Translations under genes and position numbers: made by a program
Assembly (NCBI GenBank): GCA_964016885.1
Contig: OZ024765.1
Location: 6,634,001 to 6,698,000, forward strand
DNA from: Eledone cirrhosa
Lineage: Eukaryota
Direction: 5' to 3'
DNA: 64,000 nucleotides
Notes under the pieces: generated by a model
Databases searched by the model: none
Told to the model about the DNA's origin: nothing
The model's input: the letters and a program-made list of their open reading frames with translations, nothing else
In this document: piece after piece, positions 28,695 through 41,832 of the stretch
Position numbering within the stretch: the stretch's first letter is position 1
Layout of the letters: the number at the start of each line of letters is the position of its first letter

Positions 28695-28930
28695 TTAATT
28701 GATCACAAGAACATCTATTTTATTAATATTTGAATTTTAATATTAATAACTCTGGAAAATATTTTCTTTTAGTGTATCCAATCTACTGTAAAACTCATTC
28801 TTTGATGTTCTCATTGAATCTTGTTTAACTCTTTAATATATATATAAAGAATGAGTATTGACTTTCCATTGAGACGGCTTTTAAAATATTTTAAACTTTG
28901 CTCACTGTTTCAAAACTAACTTGGTTTGTG

Positions 28931-28961
<31 letters not shown>

Positions 28962-29004
28962 ACTTGGTTTGTGTATATATATATATATATATGGAGGCAT
29001 ATAT

Positions 29005-29330
29005 GGAGGCACATGGCTTAGTGGTTAGAGCATTGGCCTTGCAATCAAAAGGTTGTGAGTTCAATTCTCAGACTGGGTGATGTGTTGTTTCCTTGAGCAA
29101 GACACTTTATTTCACATTGCTCCAGTTTACTCAGCTGTAGAAATGAGATGATAGGGACTGGGATCCCTATCATTCCACTGCAAAGTGGTCGTGGAGGTGC
29201 CATGGCAAAAAAGCACCCAGCACTCACTGTAAATGAGGTTGGTGTTAGGAAGGGCATCCAGCTGTAGAAATCAAGCCAGAATCAGTTCCCGTCCCACCCT
29301 TGCAAGCAGGGAAAAGTGGACGTAAAATGA
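29005..29330 (+). mobile_element. Full-length tRNA-derived SINE (Meta-like core, RTE-type tail); copies 27752-28081(-), 33470-33906(+), 9742-10053(+), 6690-6950(-), 31175-31489
   Basis: A-box TGGCTTAGTGG, B-box GAGTTCAATTC, core ccttgagcaagacact..., gttaggaagggcatcc, tail ggacgtaaaatga(tga)n. Confidence 0.85.
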
Positions 29331-29676
29331 AATGAAAAATGAAATGAATATATATATATATACACGCACACACAAAGCAAGTTAGTTTTGAAACTGAGCA
29401 AAGTTTAAAATAAAGTAGAAATGTAAGTTTACACGGTGTTTTGATTAAAGAAATTAGTCTGATATTGGGGATATTTTAAAAACTGTCTAAATGAAAAGTC
29501 AGTATTAATCCTTTTCCATTTAGAAGGTTTTTAAAAAATCCCCACTAAAATCAGGCTAATTTCTTTCGTCAACATACAGCATAAGCTTACATTTCTTAAT
29601 ATGCAAGGGTGGGACGAGTCCTCTTCAGTCCTTTGTCATCTCCTCTGTGAGCTTCACTGATCTGAGGTCAGCTCAG

Positions 29677-29707
<31 letters not shown>

Positions 29708-30280
29708 AGTATTCCGAGTTCAATCGGGGGCAACCACAATAATTAAAGTACTCAATACATAGAGTGTATAATGTTTAATATAGAAATGGCTTCTACAGGA
29801 CTAGAACTGTCTCATTCAAAGGAAATCAGGGTTTTCCTGATGATTTCCTTCGAATGAAACAGTTCTTGTCCTGTAGAAACCATTTCTATATTAAACTCTA
29901 TATATATATTATAATAATAATAATAATAAAAAAAGGACGATTTGTTATGTCTTCATTACATTTATTGAGTAGTGATCAGCTCAAGGTTCGATCTGTATCG
30001 AACTGGCCCGACTTTGGAATTAAAAGCTCATCGGACTTTTACCACAACAGAGGTCTGACAAACTCTTTTTATTATTATTACACTGTGCTTAGTTCTTTAC
30101 CTCTATACCGAGTGGAAACTACACATCGAGTGCTCACTCTGGTGAACCTACAGTAACTATATATATATATATATGTTTATTATATATAAAAATTAAAGTT
30201 TAAACAAAGATTCTTTGCTTAAACTTTAATCTGTACATATAATAAATATTTGTTCTACAGGTTTTTAATATATATATATG

Positions 30281-30338
<58 letters not shown>

Positions 30339-30654
30339 CATCATCATCGTCGTTTAACGTCCATCTTCCACGCTAGCATGGGTTTGGAATATATATAATC
30401 CTTATCGAGCCCTCTTCGGATTTTAGTCTTCACATTTATTATTACTATATATATATATATATATACATACATACATACATACTAGCTTTTATTACTATAT
30501 ATATATATTCATTATATGTAAAAATTGAAGTTTAAGCAAAGTTTCTTTGCTTAAACTTTAATCTGTACATATAAATATTTGCTCTACAGCTTTTTAATAT
30601 ATATATATATATATATATGGAAAGTTATATTTAAATTAAAGACTGTTTATATTG

Positions 30655-30720
30655 TATTTTGTCTGATGAAGGCATAACATATTGTTAATATGATGTCCCT
30701 GAAATATATATAATGAAATA
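30655..30720 (+). ncRNA. Minimal hammerhead ribozyme-like motif
   Basis: tattttgt-CTGATGA-aggcataacatatt..aatatgatgtccct-GAAA-tatata-TA-atgaaata. Confidence 0.65.
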
Positions 30721-30760
30721 AATATGGTTTTATAAATATACTTTCCATTTATTTAATATC

Positions 30761-30792
<32 letters not shown>

Positions 30793-31972
30793 GTATATAT
30801 ACTAAATATATATATATATATATATATATAATCCTTATCGAGCCCTCTTCAGATTTTAGTCTTCACATTTACTATTACTATATCATCATCATTTAACATC
30901 CATCCATCTTCCATGCTAGCATGGGTTAGACGGTTTTGTTCCATTTGATGCGGGAATGGTTGGGAGACCATGTCTTGCTCGCATGGAAGCATCTATGGCA
31001 GGTTTTGTTTTACAGCTGGATGCCCTTCCTAACACCAACCACATTTACAGTGTGGACTGGGAGCCTTTTCGCCATGTTTCCTACACGGCCACCTTACAGT
31101 GTGGATGTTGTGTCATCAACACAGTGGACGGAACGGCAGAGGGAGGTTGGGGTATATATATATATATATATAACCAGTCCCTATCATCTCATTTCTACAG
31201 CTGAGTAAACTGGAGCAATGTGAAATAAAGTGTCTTGTTTCCTTGAGCAAGACACTTTATTTCACATTGCTCCAGTTTACTCAGCTGTAGAAATGAGATG
31301 ATAGGGACTGGGGTCCATATCATTCCACTGCAAAGTGGTCGTGGTGGTGCCACGCCAAAAAAGCATCCAGCACTCACTGTAAATGAGGTTGGTGTTAGGA
31401 AGGGCATCCAGCTGTAGAAATCAAGCCAGAATCAGTTCCCGTCCCACCCTTGCAAGCAGGGAAAAGCGGACGTAAAATGATGATGATGATAACCAAATAT
31501 ACACTCCAGCCCACTTACCCCTACTCCATCCTCCCACTCCCAACAACACCACCCCTTTCTCTGTAATGTTGGTACCACAACATCCAGTCCAAACTAATGA
31601 GGTTGTGAAGGTGTCACGAGAAAAAACACACAGTCCACACTGTAATGTGGCCGTGTAGGTAACACGGTAAAAAGCTCCCAGTCCACACTGTAATGTGGCC
31701 GTGTAGGTAACACGGTAAAAACCTCCCAGTCGACGCTGTAATGTGGCCGTGTAGGTAACACGGTAAAAACCTCCCAGTCGACGCTGTAATGTGGCCATGT
31801 AGGTAACACGGTAAAAACCTCCGTCCACACTGTAAACGTGGTTGGTGTTAGGAAGGGCATCCAGTCGTAGAAAACCTGCCAGACAGTCCTATACGAGCGA
31901 GACACGGTCACCCGACCAATCTTGCCTCAAGTGGGACAATTCCCGTCAAAGATAGACGTTAAACGATGATGA

Positions 31973-32012
<40 letters not shown>

Positions 32013-32353
32013 GCTAGTTCTCAACTAATCTTTACTGTTCTTCTTGAGCACAAATGAGAGCAGGCAGTGCCACTAGTTTCATGCTAAAACTCCAACAATA
32101 ACAAGACAGCAATGAAGCACAGCTTAAGCCCTCATTAAGAACAATTTAATCAGATTAAATATAATTAAGGTAACAACAATATGTTCAGTTGGGGTTTGTT
32201 TACTTGGGTTTTGTATACATATATATATAATGTTATTGTACAGTTGCTGTATGTGTGTGTGTGTATATATATATATATATGTGTGTGTGTGTATGTATAT
32301 ATATATATATATATGTATGTATATGTGTATGTATATATATATATATGTGCATG

Positions 32354-32384
<31 letters not shown>

Positions 32385-32800
32385 TAAAATACAAATATTA
32401 ATAAAATAGATGTTCTTTTGATCAATTACATTTTATTATACATATTTCGGATGTACAACAGTACATTTAAAAAAAAAAAAAAAAAAAAAATATTGAATCT
32501 TCACCCTATAAAACCATAAATTAAATATTTTCAAAATTAACCGTTTAACTTTCGACAAAAATAAATCTCCTTCAGCATATTAACCCCCTTTATTCATAAC
32601 TTGTAGTATCATACATCTTAATATCTTTATAACTGTTACATTAAGCAACGTTTTTCTTACTCGCACTTTCTCTATTGAATTTATTACGTTTTCACATTTT
32701 CTCATTATTAGGGTAAAAATGTTAAATTTTTCTTGGGTTAATCACTACCTTGATTAAATCTTAACCATTTAACATCTCAGGGTATGTCATGTATCATTAT

Positions 32801-32853
32801 ATTTTGTCTGATGAGGACGTACTGTTGTACATCCGAAATATGTATAATAAAAT
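32801..32853 (+). ncRNA. Minimal hammerhead ribozyme, best-formed copy
   Basis: attttgt-CTGATGA-ggacgtac(tgtt)gtacatcc-GAAA-tatgta-TA-ataaaat; core intact, stems I and II pair. Confidence 0.8.
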
Positions 32854-33123
32854 GTAATTGATCAAAAGAACATCTATTTTATTAATATTTGTATTTTAAT
32901 ATTAATAACTCTGGAAAATTATTTTACCGTTGAGTGCTTCCAATCTACTGTAAAACTCATTCTTTGACATACTCATTGAATCTTGTTTAACTATTTAATA
33001 TATATATATGTATGTATGTGCGTATATATATATATATATATATGCTGGTGAACAACGTATATGTATTTACTATGATGGGTATATATGTGTGTGTGTATAT
33101 ATATATATAATTATCGTTGCCAG

Positions 33124-33229
33124 GCTCCACCTGATGTTGTCACTCCAGTACAAAGACAGGCAGCAGAGAAAGTGGTCCTAGATTTCAGAAAATCCAAAAT
33201 GCCTTATTCTACATGCAAGCATATTCTAG
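33124..33229 (+). CDS. XPO4: XPO4 exon 2 ([35 protein letters not shown])
   Basis: ttgccag acceptor, G|GTGAGT donor, matches APPSMV..QRQHAE..FRKSK.P...CKHIL. Confidence 0.93.
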
Positions 33230-33469
33230 GTGAGTCTTAACTTCCACTTACTTTGTTGACAGACATGTGTGTGTTGGTTGGTGTGGTACATGTGTGTATA
33301 TATTGGTGTATATCAGTGTGTATATATAAGTTGTTGTATACCTGTTTGTCATGTGTGTATATATAGGTTGGTGTGTGTGGGGTGGTGTCCCTATGTCAGT
33401 TTGTGCGTGTGTCTGTCACCATATGTGTATATGGGTTGGACATGATGTATATACATCCACACATTCAGT

Positions 33470-33906
33470 GAAGGCACCTGGCTTAGTGGTTAGAGCATTG
33501 GGCTTGCAATCGAAAGGTTGTGAGTTCAATTCTCAGACCGTGTGATGTGTTGTTTCCTTGAGCAAGACACTTTATTTCACATTGCTCCAGTTTACTCCGC
33601 TGTAGAAATGAGATGATAGGGACTGGGGTCCCTATCATTCCACTGCAAAGTGGTCGTGTAGGTGCCACAGCAAAAAAAAAAGCACCCAGCCTACACTGTA
33701 AAAGTGGACATGTAGGCGCCACGGAAATAAAGCATCCAGCACTCACTGTAAATGAGGTTGGTGTTAGGAAGGGCATCCAGCTGTAGAAATCAAGCCAGAA
33801 TCAGTTCCCGTATGAGCAAGACAAGGTCAACCGACTGGACACTGCCCACAACCCGTCTAACCCATGCTAGCGTGGAAGAACAGACGTAAAACGGTGATGA
33901 TGATGA
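33470..33906 (+). mobile_element. tRNA-derived SINE
   Basis: Same head and core as 29005-29330, (GAT)n tail. Confidence 0.85.
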
Positions 33907-34623
33907 CATTCACACAAATATACATGGTGTATATATATAGATATATAGATATATTATGTTTTAAAAAAGGAAAAGAATGACTTGTAGTTCTAAACAATTT
34001 AATTTAATTTTATAATATTATAATTTTACAATTTGGTTTGGTGGATCTAGTAAGTTCTTTGTTAACTTTGTGGGGAGATTTTTTTAAGATTCTTGGTTAA
34101 CTTTCCTGGAGAACTTTTTCTGGCAATCGCCACCGACAAATGCGAGAAAGTTCTCCTGGAAAGTTAACTGAGAATCTTTAAAAAATCTCCCCACCAAAGT
34201 TAACAAAGAACTTACTAGATCTACCAAACCAAATTGTAAAATTAAATTAAATTGTTTAGAACTACAAGTGAAGTCATTCTTTTCTTTTTTTAAAACATAC
34301 CTAACTGTACCAAGGATTTCACACATTTCCCAATATATAACTCTGGTGCGTTATGGTCCATCTGGTTTGTTACCACAATTCCTTCGTTATATATATATAT
34401 ACAGTCACACACAAATGCATATGGTGAATTGGCAGTATCAGTAGAGGGTTGGACGCCATGCTTTGCAGCATAGTTACGTCCCGAGTTCAAATCCCGTCGA
34501 GGTTAACTTTGCCTTTCATGCTTATGGGGTCGATAAAATAAAGTACCAGTAATGCACTGGGTAATTGCTGACCTTGTGCCAAAAGTAGAAACAATTATTA
34601 TGGATGGTTGATTGTATTTTCAG

Positions 34624-34765
34624 AAAACTGCCAGTCAGACTATGTTTTGTTCCAAGCTGCCACAACAATTAAAGAAGGAGTTATTAGAGAATGGCTACTG
34701 CTCTCATCAGAGCAGATTGAATCTTTGCGCTCCTTCCTACTCCGGTTTATCACACAACATGTCAG
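34624..34765 (+). CDS. XPO4: XPO4 exon 3 (ENCQSDYVLFQAATTIKEGVIREW..)
   Basis: tttcag / AG|GTAAGA; DYVLFQAAT..E.V.REW motif. Confidence 0.95.
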
Positions 34766-34884
34766 GTAAGAACCTGTGGCCACTACTACTACTACTACTA
34801 CTATAAAATGATGATTTGTTTGTATTTTTAAATATTTTCTTTTTCTTTTCCCTGTTTTATTTCTTAATTTTGTTATTTCCTCAG

Positions 34885-35026
34885 TCTTCAAAGTTATGTA
34901 CGGGAACAGATATTACAGACAGTTGCTGTCATTCTTAAAAGGGGCACCATTGATGATAAGGGAGCAAGCCGGCAGTCCTTATTTGACGACGTCACTCGTC
35001 TCGTTAGTAGCGGCAATGTCACAATG
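34885..35026 (+). CDS. XPO4: XPO4 exon 4 (LQSYVREQILQTVAVILKRG..)
   Basis: cctcag / ATG|GTGAGT; YVREQIL..VAVI.KRG motif. Confidence 0.95.
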
Positions 35027-35800
35027 GTGAGTTATGACACGCATGGTTCTTTCTTCAACACTAAACTGTTTGTGTTTATCTAAAACCTTTCCATAACAAA
35101 TTCACGGAAGAAGATTTAACCCTTTAGCATTTACATTACTTTATATATACCATTATATTTTCACAGTAAAGGCTTTACCTCACATAGCATTTACATTACT
35201 TTATATATACCATTATATTTTCACAGTAAAAGCTTTACCTCACATAATATCGTATTTATGAGATTTTGATATTATATATTTTGAGAACAAAACCTTAACA
35301 TAAGTATGAGTGGCCAGTTACTGCCAGTTTGAACAGAAAGAGGTGAGGGAGTTCATCTTTCAAGAAGAAAGATGAACAAACCTGCCTCAACACTTAATTT
35401 TAAATCTTTAATTCTTTTTAATTGTAATACTCAACATTTGATAAGGTGGATTTCACTGATACATTATAAAACTTTTTTTTTTAAAGAGTTGTTCCTCTCA
35501 TTTTTTCAATAATGTCACTTGGACAAATCAAAGAAGAAAAAAACAGACCCTTCAATATATTTTCCGTGCTATTTCCAATTCCACATTTTCTCTATAATCA
35601 CTGTTTTGTATAGAACCTTACTCCCTTTTCAAATATATATATATATATATATGAGAGAGAGTGTGTGTGTGTATATATGTATATGTGTAAATATAGTGTA
35701 TATATAAATGTATATATATATATATAGAAAGAGAGAGAGTGTGTATCTATATATATATATGTATCTAAATGTGATGCCTTTGTTATGTTTTACTCTGCAG

Positions 35801-35917
35801 CAATTGGTTGCCTGCTCCCTGTTAATTGCCCTGTTAAATGAATACGCCAGTGCCAGTCGAACTAGCAGTGTTGGCTTCACTTGGGAGTTCCATTTCAAAT
35901 GTAAAAGACGGTTTGAG
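35801..35917 (+). CDS. XPO4: XPO4 exon 5 (QLVACSLLIALLNEY..FHFKCKRRFE)
   Basis: ctgcag / GAG|GTGAGT; EFH..CKR.F motif. Confidence 0.95.
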
Positions 35918-37088
35918 GTGAGTCAACAAAGTTATCATCTACCTGTATATACTTCATTGTTGTATGGACGGGATAAGTAAGATTTGCTGGGGGGGTTACT
36001 AAGTTTTAACTAGGCTATGTTTGTGGTTTATATGTAGCATACATTTAACATATTGTGTATAAACATCACATCGTAATCATAACGTTGTGTGTGTATATAT
36101 ATATATATCCAGTCCGAAATAAATGAGGTCGTGTAGGTGTCATGACAAAAAAATACACACAGTCCACGCTGTAATGTGGCCGTGTAGGTAACACGGTAAA
36201 AACCTCCCAGTCCACACTGTAAACGTGGTTGGTGTTAGGAAGGGCATCCAGCCATAGAACACCCACTAGACAATCCTATATGAGCAATACAACCAATCTT
36301 GCCTCAAGTGGGAAAATTCCTGTCCAAACCCATGCAAGCGTGGAAGATAGACGTTAAACGATGATGATGATATATATAAAGAGAGAGATGGAGATAGGAG
36401 AGGAGAGATTGGTGAATTAGTTAGAAGCCAAAGCGTAAAGGCATGTACTCAATGTGCAATATGCAGTAGAAAGCAGCAAGGTGGCTGGGGTCATGCAGAA
36501 GTTAGGTGCGCAGAACTGGAAATATTCATTGGTTAAGCAAAACAAGACCACAAATTTCACAAGGAAAACATTATTAAAAGATTGTCAACATATTTTAGTT
36601 TGATGTAATGAATGTAGAGAATAATAATAATAATAATTGTTTCTACTATTGGCACAAGGCCAACAATTACCCAGTACATTACTGGTACTTTATTTTATCG
36701 ACCCCGTAAGGATGAAAGGCAAAGTTAACCTCGGCGGGATTTGAACTCAGAATGGCAAGGGCCGTAACTCTATGCGTCAAATATGGCGTCCGACCCTCTA
36801 CGGATACTGCCAATCCACTGCCAATAATAATAATAATAATGATGTCTGTTTACAATTGTTTCGCTACTCCATATAATATTTCTGGATCAGATGACTATAT
36901 ATCATTATTGACATCAAACTAAAATATGTTGACAATCTTTTAATAATGTCTTCCTTGTGAAATTTGTGGTCTTGTTTTGCTTAACTAATGAATATATATA
37001 TATATATATATATGTAATAAAATATGGAGAAAAATACTGCAGGGAAATATCTATGATCGTCGGCAAATCACTGATGAGGGACTCATTT

Positions 37089-37122
<34 letters not shown>

Positions 37123-37448
37123 TTAAGATAAACATTGATGCAATTCAATTCAAGCACTCAACGTACTTTTTCCCAAAGGAGTGATGGAGTATATATAGAA
37201 TAAGAAAATGCGAAGTAGTTTCAGATGTTAAAGTCCTTTAATGATAATGCTGTGATACATATTTCAATGACGACAGTGGTTTGGTGTTCCCAGTGCCGTG
37301 GCATCCTTCAGACTTGCACCTGTGCAAACCGGTGGGGGTGAATTGGGACTCACAAGGGAACAGGCGAAGGTTTCAAGAACACTCTTTGTCCGTGCCCTTA
37401 TCGATTCAATTTGGATTGTCTCGGGCACATCACCTTATTATGTAAGAA

Positions 37449-37523
37449 GCTGTCTGATGAGGTCATGCCACTGGGAACACCGAAGCGTGTGGCCACTGTT
37501 GTCATTGAAATATGTATCACAGC
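37449..37523 (+). ncRNA. Hammerhead ribozyme-like motif (second family, long stem II)
   Basis: gctgt-CTGATGA-..-GAAA-tatgta-TC-acagc. Confidence 0.65.
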
Positions 37524-38151
37524 ATTATCATTAAAGGACTTTAACGTCTGAAACTACTTCGCATTTTCTTATTCTATATATATATATATATATATATATC
37601 ATCATCATCATCATCGTTTAACGTACATCTTCCACGCTTGCATATATATATATATATATATACCACACAACATCATAACATTGTATATAAACACCACATA
37701 ACATCATAATATTATATATATATGTATACACATCACACCATAAAATTCTATATATACACACGACACTATAACATTGTATATATATACACGTCACTCCATA
37801 GCATGACATACTGTATAAACACAACACTACATCATACACATTGTTAGCCTATATATATAGAGAGAGAGAGGGAGAGTCGGGACCCAACAGCTAGTTCCAG
37901 AACTGACTCTACTACCCCAAGTATCGAGTACTCTATTTAGTAATGTTCTAACTAGTTTCAAACTGGTATATATATATATATATATCAAACTTTCCTTATA
38001 TATAACAAAGAACTTACTAGATCTACAAAACCAAATTGTAAATCATAATATTATGACATTAAATTAAATTGTTTACAACTACGAGTTGTCATTTCTTTTC
38101 CTTTTTTTAAAAATACCTAACTGTACCAAGGATTTCACACATTTTCCTATG

Positions 38152-38199
<48 letters not shown>

Positions 38200-38207
<8 letters not shown>

Positions 38208-38630
38208 AAGGAAAAGCGAAGTAGTTTCAGATGTTCAAGTCCTTTAATAATAATGCTGTGATATATATTTCAATGACGACACTGGCCACACTGTTCTGTG
38301 TGCGAGTGTCGTGTCATCATCAGACAGCTTGTTACATAATAAGGTTGTTTCCGAGGCAATCCAAATTGAATCGACATGGGAACGGATGAAGTTCGTGCTT
38401 TGGGGTTTTTCATCCGTTCCCTTGTGAGTACCAATTCACCCCCACGACACTCGCACACAGAACAGTGTGGCCAGTGTCGTCATTGAAATATATATCACAG
38501 CATTATTATTAAAGGACTTGAACATCTGAAACTACTTCGCTTTTCCTTATTCGATATTTACTCCGTCACTCCTATGTGGAAAAAGTACGTTGAGTGCTTG
38601 AATTGAATTGCATCAATGTTTACCCTAATA
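38200..38630. mobile_element. Fold-back Penelope-like element; related copy 37120-37578
   Basis: Inverted arms about 38203-38312 / 38444-38552, hammerhead, (TA)n flanks. Confidence 0.62.
38255..38328 (-). ncRNA. Hammerhead ribozyme-like motif (second family)
   Basis: Minus strand: gctgt-CTGATGA-tgacacgacact..agtgtcgtcatt-GAAA-tatata-TC-acagc. Confidence 0.72.
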
Positions 38631-39599
38631 TATATATATATATATATATATATAACGATAAATTAACGGAGGCATAGGCCGTCGTTATTCCCTGTAAATA
38701 ATGTGCTCAAAGGGGAAGAGATCCTGAGCCCTTTAAAATATAATATGTTGAGAAGGTAACACACCAGAGAGAGATATATAGTGCGTTGTCAATAATACAG
38801 GGAAAAAACCACCAGTGTATGGAATCTATAACCTATGAAAGGCAGACTATAACACGATAATTAAAAATATAAATTAAAGCGTAAATAAATACCTTTATAA
38901 CTATATAACACACGTACAAATCCAAAGATATGTTTCACCCAAAAATTTGTTGAAAGAAATGGTCTAGTCTCGGTTCATCAGCGTGTGTAAGGCCATACAT
39001 TTCAGACAACACTAAGAGAATTTTACAATTGACTGTCCAGCTACACGTGGGAGAGAGAAGTCACAGCGTGTTTAAGGGCAGTGAACCAGTGGCCTCTGAG
39101 AGACGAACTGCTAGAAAGGGCAGCCCAGAGCCACATATATATATATCATCATCATCATCATCATCAACGTTTAACGTCCGTGTTCCATGCTTGCATGGGT
39201 TTGGACGGGGGTAGTCCCACTTGAGGCAAGAGTGATTTTCTTGCTCGCATAGGACTGTCTGGCAGGTTTTCTACAGTTGGATGCCCTTCCTAACACCAAC
39301 CACATTTACAGTGTGGGTCTGGGAGGTTTTTACCGTGTTGCCTACACGGCCACATTACAGCGTGGACTGTGTGTTTTTTTGTCGTGACACCTACACGATC
39401 TCATTTGTTTCGGCCTGGATGGTGTGGCACCAACATAACTTTATATAGAAGGGGGTGGTGGGACGGATATATTTATTTATCTAATATTATACACATTGAT
39501 AGTCTATACACATTGATAGTCTATATACAGATGTATATCCTATATATATACTAATCATTATAATATATTTATATATATTTTTTGTTTTTCTTCTGGCAG

Positions 39600-39756
39600 G
39601 AGGAAGATTTAAAGAGGGTGTTTCTGTTTGCCATTCAAGTTCTCAATGAGTTAGAGAAACAACCAAACCCACTGAGTCGGGAGGCAACAGCTGTGATGAA
39701 CAGACTACTGTCTATAGCAGAACAGGTCCTTAGTTGGGAGTTCACACCTAAAGCTT
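39600..39756 (+). CDS. XPO4: XPO4 exon 6 (EEDLKRVF..EQVLSWEFTPKA)
   Basis: ggcag acceptor; ends at U12 donor GTATCCTTT; QVLSW.F motif. Confidence 0.93.
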
Positions 39757-40484
39757 GTATCCTTTCATTTACACACTACCAAGGTGTGGCCTAGTGGTCG
39801 AGGTGTTGGATTTACAATCATAATGTTATGGCTTCGATTCCTGGACTGGGTTCTGTGTTGTGTTCTTGAGCAAAACACTTCATTTCATGTTGCTCCAGTG
39901 GTAAGTGTGTTGGACTTACAATCATATTCCTGGACTGGGTTCTGTGTTGTGTTCTTGAGCAAAACACTTCATTTCATGTTGCTCCAGTGGTAAGTGTGTT
40001 GGACTTACAATCATATTCCTGGACTGGGTTCTGTGTTGTGTTCTTGAGCAAAACACTTCATTTCATGTTGCTCCAGTATACTCAGCTGAAAATGAGTACC
40101 AGCAATAGCTGGAGTGTTTAACCCTGCAATGACTGGCACCCTGTCTAAGGGAGGGTCTTGTACTCTCAGTCCCTTCGTGCCTCAGAAACTGGAATAAGTA
40201 CCAGCCTCATGAACCTTCTGGCTTGCGACAGACTTTAAACCTGAGAGAGGGGAGGTGCAAGTGTGCAAGTTCAACTTTTATCACCTCGTCCTTTCTGGGT
40301 CTTCCTACTCTGTAGCTTCTATCAATTTTTATCACCTTGTACCTTTTTATTACAGCTGTCGTCCTTCATACACATCACATGACCATACCAATACAGTCTC
40401 CTCTCTAGTATGTTGAAATATGTTATGTAATATTTTAGTTCTGTTTGCTACCAACTCGATCCTTCCTTAACAAATGTTGTCCAG
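39757..40484 (+). other. U12-type GT-AG intron (XPO4 intron 6)
   Basis: 5'ss GTATCCTTT; branch TTCCTTAAC 40463-40471 close to the AG, no long pyrimidine tract. Confidence 0.93.
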
Positions 40485-40597
40485 TCTTTCGTCGATATGT
40501 CGGTTGCTTTGAATCAACACAGAATGTCATTCTACGTCCAAATGACACTTGGCGAGACACTTTATTGGACAGTGACCTAATGCAGCTTCTGTTTCGA
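40485..40597 (+). CDS. XPO4: XPO4 exon 7 (FRRYVGCFESTQNVILRPNDTWRDTLLDS..)
   Basis: U12 branch TTCCTTAAC then ccag; CGA|GTGAGT donor; FES.QNV.L.P...WR.TLLDS. Confidence 0.93.
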
Positions 40598-41437
40598 GTG
40601 AGTACCACATAATTCTCAGCCATGTGAACAAGGCACACCTGGTTAGAGTATTGAACTCTTGATTATAACATAGCACATTTCATTCTTGGATTTGGCTTAG
40701 TTTATTTAATTTATTTTATTTTAACCCTTTAGCATTTACATTACTCTATATTTACTATTGTATTTTTGTGGTAAAGTCTTTATCTTACATAATTATCTCA
40801 CGTAATATCTCACATAACGTTTACATTACTCTATATTTACTATTGTATTTTTGTGGTAAAGTCTTTATCTTACATAATTATCTCACGTAATATCTCACAT
40901 AACATTTACATTACTCTATATATACTATTGTATTTTTGAGGTAAAGGCTTTACATCACATAGTTATCTCACATAATATCGAATCTACAAGGTTTTGATGT
41001 TATTTATTTTGAAAACAATACCTTAATGTCAGTATGAATGGCCAGTTACAACCAGTTTGAACTGAAAGAGGTGAGAGAATTCTGGCCTGATATGGCTGGT
41101 TTAACCCTTTTGCATTTTAACTGGCTGCTCATACTGATGTTAAGGTATTGTTCTCAAAATACATAATCTCATAGATTCGATATGTGAGATGATTGTGAGA
41201 TAAAGCCTTTACCACAAAAATACAATAGTAAGTATAGAGTAATGTAAATGCTAAAGGGTTATAATACTAGTCAAATACTGGGGTTGATTTCTTCTCTAAC
41301 CTTCCCTTCTCTCTACCCCCACTCCTTTCTCTTTCTACCTTCCCTCTTTCCTCTCTCCCTTCCTCTCACCACTCTCTCTCTCTCTCCTCCCTCCATCACA
41401 ATACACTATTGTTCTAGCTTCTGTTGTTTGTCTCTAG

Positions 41438-41595
41438 GTGCACAAGAAAGTGCGACACAATTCCGAAATGGCACACCGTTCCATGCAGTGCCTCACACAA
41501 CTTGCATCACTCAGCGGCCCAATCTTCCCCAATGACGCAGCACGTACCCAGTTCCTTGCCTCATATATTGAAAATTTCCTACACATGTTCGGCTG
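41438..41595 (+). CDS. XPO4: XPO4 exon 8 (VHKKVRHNSEMAHRSMQCLTQLASLSGPIFP..)
   Basis: ctctag / TG|GTAAGT; QCL.QLASL.GPIFP. Confidence 0.95.
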
Positions 41596-41658
41596 GTAAG
41601 TTATGACCTATCATCATTATCACATTATTATTTTTATTATTATTATTATTATTATTAA

Positions 41659-41832
41659 GGGCGGTGAATTGGCAGTACCGGTAGAGGGTCGGACACGTTG
41701 CTTTCCGGCACAGAGTTACGTCCCTTTGCGGTCTGAGTTCAAATCCCGCCGAGGGTAGCTTTGCCTTTCATCCTTACGGGGGTCGATAAAATAAAGTACC
41801 AGTAATGCACTGGAGTAATTGCTGGCCTTGTG
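41659..41832 (+). mobile_element. Second tRNA-derived SINE family; copies 34421-34600(+), 36619-36841(-), 43898-44083(+), 59262-59449(-), 20912-21221(-), 22060-22229(+)
   Basis: ggcggtgaattggcag..GAGTTCAAATCCC..gcctttcatcct..gtcgataaaataaagtaccag recurring many times. Confidence 0.8.

Larger units (their letters stand above)
28405..28840. mobile_element. Fold-back (inverted pseudo-LTR) Penelope-like non-autonomous element in (TA)n; related copies 6340-6666 and 32383-33000
   Basis: About 160-nt near-perfect inverted repeat centred near 28570, hammerhead in each arm, (TA)n on both flanks. Confidence 0.65.

Noticed and set aside
29011-29075. tRNA-Cys-like gene
   Set aside because: It is a SINE head that continues into the SINE core and lacks a proper acceptor stem; same for the other copies and 3704-3772
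38922-38990. Additional minus-strand CTGATGA...GAAA motif
   Set aside because: Stem I does not pair convincingly; not counted as a hammerhead
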